In this document: in pieces, positions 54,239 through 64,000 of the stretch
How the letters are laid out: each line of letters opens with the position of its first letter
Position numbering within the stretch: position 1 is the first letter of the stretch
Source of the DNA: Candidatus Marinacidobacterales bacterium
GTDB lineage: Bacteria > Acidobacteriota > Vicinamibacteria > Marinacidobacterales > DATDRI01
NCBI GenBank assembly: GCA_965219415.1
Contig: OZ244742.1
Span: 1,024,001 to 1,088,000 of the forward strand
Direction of reading: 5' to 3'
Length of the DNA: 64,000 nucleotides
Notes under the pieces: generated by a model
Seen by the model: the letters and a program-made list of their open reading frames with translations, nothing else
The model's database searches: none
Told to the model about the DNA's origin: nothing
Program-made: the position numbers and the translations under genes

Positions 54239-55207
54239 CTATTTCTAGCCTTGGTGCCCCTCCTCTGCCCATCCTCCGGCTCCCCTTGCTCATCGATGAC
54301 CACGACCGCACAAGAGGCCGCCCCAACCGGCACGCCGGCTGAAGAGCAAATCGAGTTCAGGGTAGCGGTGGATGCGGTTTACTTGAACGCCGTCGTTACC
54401 GCGGGGAGGCGGCTGATCCCTGGATTGAAGGCGGAAGACTTCGAGATACGGGAGAACGGAGTGCAACAAAAGCTTAGCTTTTTCGCTTCCGGCAATACTC
54501 CCCTCACCATCATCCTCCTGCTCGACGCCTCATCGAGTATCCAGCCGAATGCTCACGGCGTTAGGTCGGCGGCCATCCATTTTGTGCGGCAGTTGCGCCC
54601 GGGGGATCGCGCCATGATCGGATTCTTCAACCAGGATCTCATCTTCCCAACCGATTTCACGGGCGACGTGAACACTTTGGAGCGAGCGATCGAGGGCTTT
54701 CGGCCAGGTGGCGCAACCGCCCTCTATGACGCCGTCCAGGTCTCGCTCGGTGAGCTCTCGGCCGTCAACGGTCGTACCGCACTTCTCGTTTTCGCCGACG
54801 GCACGGACTCTTGGCCATCGGCGGAGGGAAGTGAAATGACGCAGGATGAAGCGGTCGAGCACGGCAAGCTCTCCGACGTAAGTATCTACACGGTGGGCTT
54901 CGAAGGTCGACTCGGATTCGGTTCGGGAGTCAGCGGAGTCAACCGACATTTCCTCGGCAATCTCGCCAACGAAACCGGTGGCCGCGCTTTCTACCCGCAC
55001 GATTTGGAACAGCTCGGCTACCATTTCTCCAAGGTCATGGAGGAGCTACACAGCCAATACCGGATCGCCTACTTACCCAAGGACACCACCCGAGACGGAA
55101 CATGGCGTCGCATCGAAGTTGGGATCAAATACTACGATCACCTCGACGTCCGTACTCGGCAGGGATACTACGCCGTGCAGAAGACGGATCCCACGACCGA
55201 ACCTTGA
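54203..55207 (+). CDS. Acidobacterial VWFA-related (VWA) protein; original start GTG 52833 separated by ISL3
   Basis: DASSS MIDAS motif, TALYDA, ETGGR, QYRIAY, RTRQGYY. Confidence 0.88.
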   Translation: MQFSTHTNPRRPLFLALVPLLCPSSGSPCSSMTTTAQEAAPTGTPAEEQIEFRVAVDAVYLNAVVTAGRRLIPGLKAEDFEIRENGVQQKLSFFASGNTPLTIILLLDASSSIQPNAHGVRSAAIHFVRQLRPGDRAMIGFFNQDLIFPTDFTGDVNTLERAIEGFRPGGATALYDAVQVSLGELSAVNGRTALLVFADGTDSWPSAEGSEMTQDEAVEHGKLSDVSIYTVGFEGRLGFGSGVSGVNRHFLGNLANETGGRAFYPHDLEQLGYHFSKVMEELHSQYRIAYLPKDTTRDGTWRRIEVGIKYYDHLDVRTRQGYYAVQKTDPTTEP

Positions 55208-55220
55208 GAGGAACTAGCCA

Positions 55221-55713
55221 ATGAAAACCCTACTGATCTTGCTTAGCGCCATCGCCCTCGTGCCGATTGGCGCGAATAGCCAAAACGCCAGTGTCGACTT
55301 CGACCGGCGAGTTGATTTCAGCAAGTTCGAGACGTTCGCCTGGCGAGATGGCACCCCGGTCGAGAACGACCTCTCCGACCATCGAATCACCAGCGCCGTC
55401 GAGAACGAGCTCGGTATCAAAGGCTACTGGCAGGAGGAGCAAGAACCCGACATGTACCTCGTTTACCACGCGTCGGCAAAGGAAGAAGTCGATTTGGCCG
55501 GAGCCGGCTACCGCGCGTCGTGAAAATCGCCCGCGACGCTCAAAGTGGAAAAACAACATCGCGGGAACCCTGATCCTCGACATGCTGGACGCCAAGAAGG
55601 GACACCTCTTGTGGCGGGGCATTGCCACCGCGACCGTCGATCCGAATCCTCAGAAGAACCAGACCATCATCAATAAGGCGGTGAGGAAACTGCTCGAGGG
55701 GTTTCCCCCCTAG
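55221..55713 (+). CDS. DUF4136-like secreted protein (stop/frameshift near 55520-55555)
   Basis: [11 protein letters not shown]; [20 protein letters not shown]. Confidence 0.75.
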
Positions 55714-55750
55714 GATCGGCCGCCGGGCCTTACCGATCTACCGACGGCTT

Positions 55751-56398
55751 TTATCCATCTACTGAAAACCCGGTAGGACAAGCAACGCCGGTACCGCCGT
55801 GGCCACAGTAACCGTTCGGGTTCTTGGCCAGGTACTGCTGATGGTAATCCTCGGCGTAGTAGAGCTCGGGGGCATCTTCGATCTCGGTGGTGATGGGATC
55901 GTAGCCCGAAGCTCCCAACACTTCTTCATAGGCATCTCGCGAAGCAAGCGCAGCCTTCTTCTGCTCATCGTTATAGGTATAGATTTCGGATCGGTACTGC
56001 GTCCCGACGTCACCACCCTGCCGCATCCCTTGTGTCGGGTCGTGAGCCTCCCAAAAGATCTTGAGTAGCTTCTCGTACGAGACGACCTGCGGGTCGAACA
56101 CCACGAGCACGACTTCGGTGTGGCCGGTCATGCCGCTGCATACCTCCTGGTAAGTCGCGTTTGGAGTGTACCCTCCCGCGTAGCCGACGGCGGTCGTGTA
56201 GACGCCCTCGGTCTCCCAAAAAGACTTCTCGGCTCCCCAGAAACATCCGAGCCCGAACATCGCCATCTCCATTCCCTGGGGAAATGGCGGCTTCAACGGA
56301 TGCCCATTCACGAAATGGGACTCGGGGACAGACAAGGGCTCGGCCCGCCCCGGAAGTGCGTTTTCCTTCTCCGGTACTTCAGTTTTCTTGACGAACAT
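55751..56398 (-). CDS. msrA: Peptide methionine sulfoxide reductase A
   Basis: [27 protein letters not shown]. Confidence 0.97.
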   Translation of the reverse strand: MFVKKTEVPEKENALPGRAEPLSVPESHFVNGHPLKPPFPQGMEMAMFGLGCFWGAEKSFWETEGVYTTAVGYAGGYTPNATYQEVCSGMTGHTEVVLVVFDPQVVSYEKLLKIFWEAHDPTQGMRQGGDVGTQYRSEIYTYNDEQKKAALASRDAYEEVLGASGYDPITTEIEDAPELYYAEDYHQQYLAKNPNGYCGHGGTGVACPTGFSVDG

Positions 56399-56605
56399 AG
56401 CGACTCCTCGAAACCTCGAATAAGAACACCCAGTTTCTCTCGATTCTCCACCAAGTGCCACCCTTTTGATAAACCATTTAAAATCAGTCACTTAATATCG
56501 CGATCCCAGGTGCCACCCGTTTGGGGAACTCTTCTCTAGCCGCAAACGTTTACAACAGTGGCGCTCGGGATTAGACTCCGGCCGCCAGACGATAGGAGGC
56601 TGAGC

Positions 56606-59110
56606 ATGCCAGGGAAGAGTACGGAAGGCAGGAATGGCGACGGTGATTCTTTCTTGGCCACGGTCTGGCGAAACCTCGCCTATGCAACCCGGAGGCTGAG
56701 GCAGCGCCCCGGTTTCACAGCGATCGCGATCTTGTCGCTGGCAGTCGGAATTGGCGCCAACACTGCCATCTTCACCCTCATCAATGCCGTGTTGTTGAAA
56801 GAGTCCCCCCTCGAGGCACCCGAAGAGCTCGTTAATCTCTACATCGACACACCTGACTTTCATTACAACGTCTTCTCGTACCCGGACTACGAGGACATTC
56901 GAGACGGAACGCGAAACGTGTTCGAAGGCGTCAGCGCGACTAGGATCAACCTCGCGCAGGTCGATCGGGATGGTTCCGTCGAGATGATCTCGGGCGAGGT
57001 GGTCACCGGAAACTACTTCTCTCTGCTTGGAGTTGAAGCGCTGGTGGGCCGAACGATCCTGCCGGGGGACGACGTCAATCCAGGCGCCCATCCCGTCGTC
57101 GTGCTGTCCCACAAGTATTGGCACACCGCGTTCGGCGGGGACCCAACCGTCGTCGGCCGCGAAATGCGTTTGAGCGGACGCCCCTACACGATCCTCGGCA
57201 TCGCACCGCCGGAGTTCATGGGCAGCTTCCGCGGAATGGAACCAGCGGTCTACACGCCGATGATGATGCTCAACGAGCTCCTCGCAACCACCAATGATCA
57301 GTTCGAGGCGCGGGGCAATCACTCCATGTTCGTCAAGGCGCGGCTCACACCCGGTGTATCCATCCCCCAAGTTCAGGTCGCGATGGACGCCGTTGCCGCG
57401 CGCCTGACGGAAGCGGACACCAACAACTGGGACCCCCACGGCAAGTTCATCTCGGTACCGACCGAGAGCGTCATCCTTTTCCCTCCGTTCGATCGGTTTG
57501 TTCGCGCCGCCGCCTGGCTGCTTACCGTCGTCGTCGGCCTCGTGCTGCTCATCGCCTGTATGAACCTTGCAAGCTTTCTCCTCGCTCAAGCTTTGGATCG
57601 CAAGAAGGAGATCGCGCTCCGGCTCGCCCTCGGAGCCACGCGCCGCGATCTCGTCGGACAGATTTTGAGTGAGACGGTCCTCCTCGGAGTCCTGGCAGGC
57701 ACCGCCGGGTTAGCGCTTTCGGTCTGGCTTCTGAAGCTCCTCGTTTCCGCCGACTTGCCGCTCCCGCTCCCCATTACGTTGGATTTGACTCCTGACCCCA
57801 CCGTGCTCGGATTCAGCCTTGCGGTTTCCGTGGTGGCGGGTGTTCTCCTCGGTCTGGTTCCTGCGCTTCAGAGTACCAATCCCGATCTGTCATCCACACT
57901 CAAGGATGAAACAGCGGGTGGCGGCCAATACGGAAAGCTCGCCTTGCGGAACCTCCTCGTCGTCGCCCAGGTGGCCGTTTCTCTCGTCCTCCTGGTCGGA
58001 GCGGGTCTCTTTTTGCGGAGTTTCGAGCAGGTCCAATCCGTCGATCCGGGTTTCGGCCGAGACCCGTCCGCGATTCTGACGATCATGGTTCCCACGACTC
58101 GATTTACCGAGGAGGAAGGACGCGTCTTCATTCGCACCCTACTGTCTCGGTTCCGAGAAATACCCGGTGTCCAATCGGTGGGATTGATCGACAACCTGCA
58201 CCTCAACACCACAAGCACTCAAACCATGGACTTCAATGTGGACGGGGTCGAGCCGCCACCGGAACGCGATTCCCATGCCGCCGATCGCGCCACGGTGGAC
58301 GCCGAGCTTTTCGACGCAGCGGGGATCCGCATCTTGAGAGGCCGCAACTTCAACGATCGAGATCTCGCCGACCGCCCACCGGTTGCCATCATCAGCGAGG
58401 CCATGGCGAAGAAGTTTTGGTCGTCTGCCGAGAACGCTATTGGACAAATGCTTCGCCTCGACGACGACCCAGACCTTGAAGTCGTCGGTGTGGCGAGCGA
58501 CACCAAAGTGCGTTCGTTGGGCGAAGCGCCGCGATCTTTCATTTATATCCCCTACAGCCAAAACTACAAGACCTTCCACACCGTGGTCGCTCGAACGACG
58601 CTCGACCCGGAACGCTTGGCGCTCGACTTGTTGGCCACCGGCCGCCGGGTCGACCCAGACCTATGGGTGTGGGAAGCCAAGAGCATGGACAATCACTTGG
58701 GGATCGTGCTCCTTCCCGCTCGCCTATCTGCGTTCTTGCTTTCCGTCTTCGCGGTGCTGGCCCTCGCGCTGGCCAGCGTCGGCCTCTACGGCATCGTGAG
58801 CTACGCGGTTTCTCAGAGAACCCGGGAGGTCGGGATTCGGATGTCCCTCGGCGCCGACGGAGGTTCCGTGATTCGAATGCTGATGCGGAGCGGGCTGAAA
58901 CTTGTGGCCGTCGGGGGGGTGATTGGCCTCCTCCTGTCCTTCGGGTTGAGCCAGTTGCTGAGTGGACTCCTCTTCGGGATCGAGGCCTTCGACACGTTCA
59001 CGTTCTTCACGGTGCCCGCCGTCCTCATGGGCGCGGCCGTACTCGCCGCCTACGTCCCGGCTCGCCGCGCCAGTCGAATCGACCCCGTCGTCGCCCTTCG
59101 AACCGAATAG
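56606..59110 (+). CDS. ADOP-type duplicated ABC permease (intact)
   Basis: GIGANTAIF, LLIACMNLA, QRTREVGIRMSLGA, PARRASRIDP. Confidence 0.92.
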   Translation: MPGKSTEGRNGDGDSFLATVWRNLAYATRRLRQRPGFTAIAILSLAVGIGANTAIFTLINAVLLKESPLEAPEELVNLYIDTPDFHYNVFSYPDYEDIRDGTRNVFEGVSATRINLAQVDRDGSVEMISGEVVTGNYFSLLGVEALVGRTILPGDDVNPGAHPVVVLSHKYWHTAFGGDPTVVGREMRLSGRPYTILGIAPPEFMGSFRGMEPAVYTPMMMLNELLATTNDQFEARGNHSMFVKARLTPGVSIPQVQVAMDAVAARLTEADTNNWDPHGKFISVPTESVILFPPFDRFVRAAAWLLTVVVGLVLLIACMNLASFLLAQALDRKKEIALRLALGATRRDLVGQILSETVLLGVLAGTAGLALSVWLLKLLVSADLPLPLPITLDLTPDPTVLGFSLAVSVVAGVLLGLVPALQSTNPDLSSTLKDETAGGGQYGKLALRNLLVVAQVAVSLVLLVGAGLFLRSFEQVQSVDPGFGRDPSAILTIMVPTTRFTEEEGRVFIRTLLSRFREIPGVQSVGLIDNLHLNTTSTQTMDFNVDGVEPPPERDSHAADRATVDAELFDAAGIRILRGRNFNDRDLADRPPVAIISEAMAKKFWSSAENAIGQMLRLDDDPDLEVVGVASDTKVRSLGEAPRSFIYIPYSQNYKTFHTVVARTTLDPERLALDLLATGRRVDPDLWVWEAKSMDNHLGIVLLPARLSAFLLSVFAVLALALASVGLYGIVSYAVSQRTREVGIRMSLGADGGSVIRMLMRSGLKLVAVGGVIGLLLSFGLSQLLSGLLFGIEAFDTFTFFTVPAVLMGAAVLAAYVPARRASRIDPVVALRTE

Positions 59111-59194
59111 GACCCCTGGCGGGAATAGGGCGACTTCCGATAAATTAAGGCAGTGCTCGCCGCACCCGGCGAGCCCACCACCGAGGAGGACGTT

Positions 59195-59365
59195 ATGGCC
59201 AACGGTTATGTGTACCGTCGCGAAGTCGCTCGTTCGGGCGTCAGCATGGGCGCCGCACTCGCGATCGCGATCTCATGGTCCAAGAACGGCTCGATTCTCT
59301 GGGCCATCCTGCACGGCATCTTCTCCTGGTTTTACGTGATCTACTACGCTCTGTTCGGCAGGTAG
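59195..59365 (+). CDS. 56 aa small membrane protein
   Basis: RBS GAGGAGG; GAALAIAISWSKNGSILWAILHGIFSWFYVIYYA. Confidence 0.75.
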   Translation: MANGYVYRREVARSGVSMGAALAIAISWSKNGSILWAILHGIFSWFYVIYYALFGR

Positions 59366-59443
59366 CACCGGCGCGCTCCCGAGGCCGGATTTGTTCGAAC
59401 ACCGTCTCTTTGGTATAAACCCATCAAGAGAGGTAGTTCCTAC

Positions 59444-59791
59444 TTGGAAGTCTTCGACCGCACCATTGCCCTCCGACAGGCCCACGGCAACGTAGAGCTC
59501 GTCAAAGAGTGCTGTGAGTCCTTTTCTCTGTCAGCGGACCGAGCTGTCGCCTCGCTTGAGCAAGCGCTAGGGAACCAGGATCCCGAGTCCATCGCCCGCT
59601 TGGCCCGAGAGCTCAAAGCCGGTTCCACCGAAGTCGGCGCAGCCGGATTGGAGGACCTGGCCAGCCAGCTGGTCGAGGCTCTTCCGACGAAAGACTGGCA
59701 CGAAATGAGCGCGCTCCTAACGAAGCTGGCGATGGAGCTCGGCTGGTTCCAGCGGATCATCGACGAGCGAGTCTGCTCCGGAAACCTGTGA
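59444..59791 (+). CDS. Hpt-domain-like protein
   Basis: FDRTIAL..GNVELVKE, ARELKAGS..VGA (canonical His position appears to be R). Confidence 0.6.
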   Translation: MEVFDRTIALRQAHGNVELVKECCESFSLSADRAVASLEQALGNQDPESIARLARELKAGSTEVGAAGLEDLASQLVEALPTKDWHEMSALLTKLAMELGWFQRIIDERVCSGNL

Positions 59792-60246
59792 CCGCCCTCC
59801 CCCTCTCAGAACCCGAGCGGGTCGAAATGGAAGCTCGCTGGAACCGCCATCCCGGCTTGCTTCACATGGGCGCTCGGTTGGATCTCTCCTCACCGGACGT
59901 CGTCCGCTTATCCATCGATCCCATCGAGCCGCACCATCGCGGAGGACTCGGAACCGAAGCGGTCAACGGAGCGATCATTTCTGCGGCTTTTGATTTCACG
60001 ATCGGGCTGGTTGGCCATTTCTGCGCCTCGGGCCGCCGTGTCGGCACCGCGCAGCTCAATGTGCATTTCATTCGGCCCGTGCACGGCGACCGCTTTGAAG
60101 TACTCGGCAGAGTCGTAAGAGCCGGTGTCTCGATGGTATTCGCGGCCGCCGAGCTCCGCGATCAGAAGGGGCAAGTCTGCGCGACGAGTGATGGCATCGT
60201 CTCGGTGTCGAAAGAAGAAGCCACCGCGGATGAAATGGCGCTGTAG
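59788..60246 (+). CDS. PaaI family thioesterase
   Basis: VNGAIISAAFD, TAQLNVHFIRP hotdog motifs. Confidence 0.85.
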   Translation: MTALPLSEPERVEMEARWNRHPGLLHMGARLDLSSPDVVRLSIDPIEPHHRGGLGTEAVNGAIISAAFDFTIGLVGHFCASGRRVGTAQLNVHFIRPVHGDRFEVLGRVVRAGVSMVFAAAELRDQKGQVCATSDGIVSVSKEEATADEMAL

Positions 60247-60249
60247 GAC

Positions 60250-62509
60250 CTACTCCAGTCGCAAGGCCACGACCGGGTCGACTCTCGTGGCGCGTCGCGC
60301 CGGCAAGTAACAAGCGAGAAGCGAGACCGCGACCAGCAGAGCCGCAGTCGCACTCAACGTGACCGGATCCGTCCCCGTCACACCAAAGAGGAAACTGCCC
60401 AGCAGGCGCGAGGCCAGGGCCCCGGCGACGAGGCCGAACCCGAGACCCACCATCACCATTGCCATTCCTTGCCCCAGCACGAGGCGAAGAAGTTGGCCGC
60501 ACGGTGCACCGATGGCCATGCGGATACCCAGCTCTCGGGTGCGCTGACTCACCGAGTAGGAGAGAAGACCGTAGATTCCGACCGCGGCGAGGATCACAGC
60601 AAGGCTGGCGAAGAGACCAAGCAGCAAGGCGTCGAACCGGCGTTGGCCCATCACCTTCGATAGGAAATCATCCAACGTCATGAAACCCGAAATCGCTTGC
60701 GCGCGGTCGACCGCCTTGACTTCCGCACGGACGGCCCCCACGTAGGAGAGCGGATCGGCTTCGGTGCGAACGAGCAATGTCATCGTGGGTACCGGCGCCT
60801 GACGATAGGGAAGATACATAGCGATTTCCGCTTCGGTATCGAGACTCGACTCCCTAACATCCCCCACCACACCGATGACCTCGAGCCAAGGCCCCTCGGT
60901 GGACGGACCGAGCCGCGCACCCAGTGGATCCTGATTAGGCCAGTAGTTCTTCGCCATCGCCTGATTAATCAAAACGACGCCGCCCTTCTCCCACCCTTCT
61001 TCTTCGGTGAAGAGACGCCCGCGGACTAGTGGTATCTGAAGCGTGTCGAAGTACGCCGGCGATACGGCGCGGTAATTCACACTCGGGACTTCATCGGGTG
61101 GCGGCGCCGGGCGCCCGTCGACAAAGGTTGGGATGGCCGAGTTACCGGTCAACGGCAGCCGATGGACGGCACCGGCCGCCTGCACTCCCGGCAGACTTTC
61201 GAGGCGCTCGATCGTTTGTTGGTACAAACGGATCCGCTGCGTAGGCTCGGGAGACTGCGACTGCAAAGGAGTCATCTCCATCGCCAGCACGTTGGTGGGA
61301 TCAAAACCCGGTTCGACCTCGAGCACGTTGCGAAGCTGCGCAGCAGTAGTCCCGCACCGATCACCAGCATCACCGCTAGGGCCACTTCGGAAACCACCAG
61401 CAGGCCGCGGAGTCGTATACGACTCACTCCTTGTGTTTCGGTACGGCCGCGTAGGGAGTCTTGCAGATCGCCGCGCGCAACATGGAGGGCCGGCAGGAGT
61501 CCAAACAAGGCCCCCGCCCCCACCGAAACCAGCAATGCGAAGCCGAGGACTCGGCCATCCATCTGGATCGCATCCGGACGGGGAAGAGTCGAAAGGCCCA
61601 AAGGACTGAAGGCGTCCAGTCCCCAAGCAGCGACCAGCACCCCAATGCCTCCGCCCACTAGAGCCAGCAACACACTTTCGGTGAGAAGTTGACGCACTAT
61701 CTGAGCTCGCCCTGCACCCAACGCGACTCGCACCGCCATCTCCCGTTCTCTTTCCATGGATCGGGCAAGCAAGAGATTGGCGATGTTGGCACACGCAATC
61801 AACAACACGATAGCGACTGCTCCCAGCAACATCAGGACGGCCTTTTCCAGCGAGCCCACGGTTGCCTCGAGCAGGGGCAAAAGTACAACCGTCCAGCCCT
61901 TTTCGAGTCGACCCGCGATGGCGGCCATCTCCGTTTGCGCCTGCTCGGGTGTGACGCCACTTTCGAGCCGGCCAAGAACGCGCAGAAAATGTGCTCGGCG
62001 AGACCCTTCATCGAGATAAAGAGCGTACGGCACAATGAGCTCGACGTCCGGTTGTTGCGGAAACTGAAAGTCCGCCGGCAGGATACCGATCACTGTATGA
62101 AGGGACCCATCGAGCATCGTTTCGCTGCCGAGTGCGCCGGGGTCTCCACCGAATAGTCGCTGCCACAGCCCATGGGTTAACACGACGACCTTGTCGCCCC
62201 CGGGACTGTCCTCGTCTGTCGAGAACGTGCGTCCCAACAGAGGCCGGACCGCCACAACTTCGAAGAGATCCGCGGCCGCCCGAGCGCCACCCACTCGCAC
62301 CGCTCGTCATTGACCAGAAGGTTGAAGCCGTCTTCCCGGTACGCGCCGAGAGCCTCGAAGCTCCGGCTCTGTTCCCTCCACGCGAAGAAGTTTGAAATCG
62401 AGACCGAGAAGTAGGACAGGCCGGCGCTAAGGACGGCAGCCGCGGCGAAGGCGGGATTCTTGGTCAGCACGCGCAGTCCATAGCGGGCATCCCGAAGCAA
62501 CGTTCTCAT
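60250..62509 (-). CDS. ADOP-type duplicated ABC permease; frameshifts and a 5' internal deletion
   Basis: [38 protein letters not shown] across three frames. Confidence 0.85.
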
Positions 62510-62693
62510 CGTTCTACAACCTCCGGTCGTGGTTAGAGCAAGGACTGTGCCCGCCGACGTATCTGTAACCTACTGTCAATCAACGGCATCGGAAAGGGTG
62601 ACGTCACGACGACCTTCTGGTATCGTGCGACGGCGGGAAAATGATGTCTCAAAACCGGACACTTCACATGGGACGACGTAAGGGAGGACGGCG

Positions 62694-63344
62694 ATGTTCG
62701 TAGGACATTATGGTTCAAGCTTTCTAGCCAAGACCCTCGACAAGACGATTCCTCTTTGGCTGCTTTTCCTCGCCGTACAGCTCGTCGATGTGTTTTGGGC
62801 GATCTTCGTTTTGCTGGGCATCGAACACGTGCGGATCGTGCCCGGTTTCACCGCGACGAATCCGTTCGACCTCTACTACATGCCCTACACGCACGGTCTT
62901 CCCGCCACTTTTGCTTGGGCCCTCGGCGGCTTCGTCCTGTACCGGCTCGTGCGAGCGGGGAACGGGAGCCGTGGCGCCTGGCTCGTCGCCGCAGCCATCG
63001 CCTCGCACTGGTTCCTTGACCTTGTCGTCCATCGTCCCGATCTGCCCCTCTACGACAATGCTGCCAAGGTGGGGCTTGGTTTGTGGAATTATCCGATTGC
63101 AACATTCGCCCTGGAGGCGTTACTTCTTTTTGGGGCGATGGCTTTTTACCTTCGTGCGACGAAACCCCTGAGCTCAAGCGGTAGGTACGCGGTGATCATA
63201 TTCGGCGTCCTGATGTTTGCGATCCAGGTCGGCGCTCTCTTGGGTCCACCGCCCGGCTCGGCTCGAGAAGCGGCAATGACGGGACTTGTGGTCTATGTTG
63301 TTTTTGCCGCAGTTGCCTACTGGATCGAGAAGAAACGCGCTTAG
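62694..63344 (+). CDS. Membrane protein, possible metal-dependent hydrolase
   Basis: MFVGH, QLVD, YTHG, SHWFLDLVVH. Confidence 0.75.
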   Translation: MFVGHYGSSFLAKTLDKTIPLWLLFLAVQLVDVFWAIFVLLGIEHVRIVPGFTATNPFDLYYMPYTHGLPATFAWALGGFVLYRLVRAGNGSRGAWLVAAAIASHWFLDLVVHRPDLPLYDNAAKVGLGLWNYPIATFALEALLLFGAMAFYLRATKPLSSSGRYAVIIFGVLMFAIQVGALLGPPPGSAREAAMTGLVVYVVFAAVAYWIEKKRA

Positions 63345-63346
63345 CA

Positions 63347-63940
63347 ATGACCAAGATACATGTTGCCTTGCTGCTTCTCATCGCGTTGGCTCGCCTAGCG
63401 CCCGCTCAGGATGGTGATTTCGGTGCACCAAACCCGAACGCTCCCGAGGAACTCTCGCAGTTCGTGTTTCTCATCGGCAAGTGGCGGTGCGAATCCAAAG
63501 TGAAAGGGCAAGACGGGGAGTACCAGACGTACTCCGCGGTATGGATCGGTCGCTACGTCCTCGATGGCTACGTGATTGCCGACGAGTTTCGCCAAATGGA
63601 TTCCGACGGCCAGCTCACACAGCTTGGTCAAACGTATCGTTCCTACAACTCGGAGAAGAAAACCTGGGTCATGAAATGGCACGACGCGCTCGCCTCCACC
63701 TGGCTGGACCTGGTTCCGGAGGACCTGGGGGGCGTCCGCGTCACCGACACCGCCATCACGTTCAAACATCACCTACCTCCCGGGCCGGTTGCCAAGCTCT
63801 TCCCCCCGCACACGATCTTTCGCATGACGATATCGGACATCTCCCCGGACCATTTCACTTGGCGAGCCCACGTCTCGACCGACGGAGAGAAAACCTGGGA
63901 TCAGGTTCAGGTGCTAGAGGCTTACCGCGACAAAAACTGA
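63347..63940 (+). CDS. Secreted DUF1579-like hypothetical protein
   Basis: Signal peptide; QFVFLIGKW, STDGEKTW. Confidence 0.6.
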   Translation: MTKIHVALLLLIALARLAPAQDGDFGAPNPNAPEELSQFVFLIGKWRCESKVKGQDGEYQTYSAVWIGRYVLDGYVIADEFRQMDSDGQLTQLGQTYRSYNSEKKTWVMKWHDALASTWLDLVPEDLGGVRVTDTAITFKHHLPPGPVAKLFPPHTIFRMTISDISPDHFTWRAHVSTDGEKTWDQVQVLEAYRDKN

Positions 63941-64000
63941 TTCAGTAATTGATGGATGGGTTGTCACCCGGGTAGATGACACCCACTACCAGCATCCCGC

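Noticed and set aside
55521-55523. TGA in the DUF4136-like gene as a second selenocysteine
   Set aside because: Context (YRAS*KSP) suggests Trp rather than Cys, no SECIS-like hairpin was seen, and a frameshift follows within about 35 nt; likely an error or nonsense change
55751-56398. MsrA as a selenoprotein
   Set aside because: The catalytic motif is GCFWG with an ordinary Cys codon

Overview
GC-rich 64 kb chromosomal segment. It is most likely from an Acidobacteriota genome (inference from three ADOP-type duplicated ABC permeases and an acidobacterial VWA protein). It mixes housekeeping and catabolic genes (maeB, M16 peptidase pair, ECF sigma module, namZ, GH13_18 sugar phosphorylase, TetR-MMPL-LolA-like-barrel operon, P450, CIRCE-hsp20-groES-groEL, msrA) with much IS debris (IS3 x3, ISL3, IS256 and IS481 remnants). 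Top finding: the RNA ligase gene rtcB (37882..39333, minus, downstream of archease) looks split in the ORF track but is one reading frame. It has an in-frame TGA exactly at the metal-binding Cys of the D-I-N-C-G motif, followed by a hairpin resembling the E. coli fdhF SECIS. It is therefore a candidate selenocysteine RtcB. Second finding: an integrase-less integron cassette cluster (three attC sites, 27.9-30.7 kb), part of which was flipped between two inverted IS3 copies, as shown by swapped target-site duplications. Also seen: a ~60 bp palindromic mini-element inserted in-frame in a gene and again between genes, and an ISL3 end that supplies a new start codon to the gene it disrupted. Caveat: more than 20 frameshifts plus several abrupt intragenic deletions and junctions suggest an error-prone long-read or chimeric assembly, so single-base claims need read-level confirmation.
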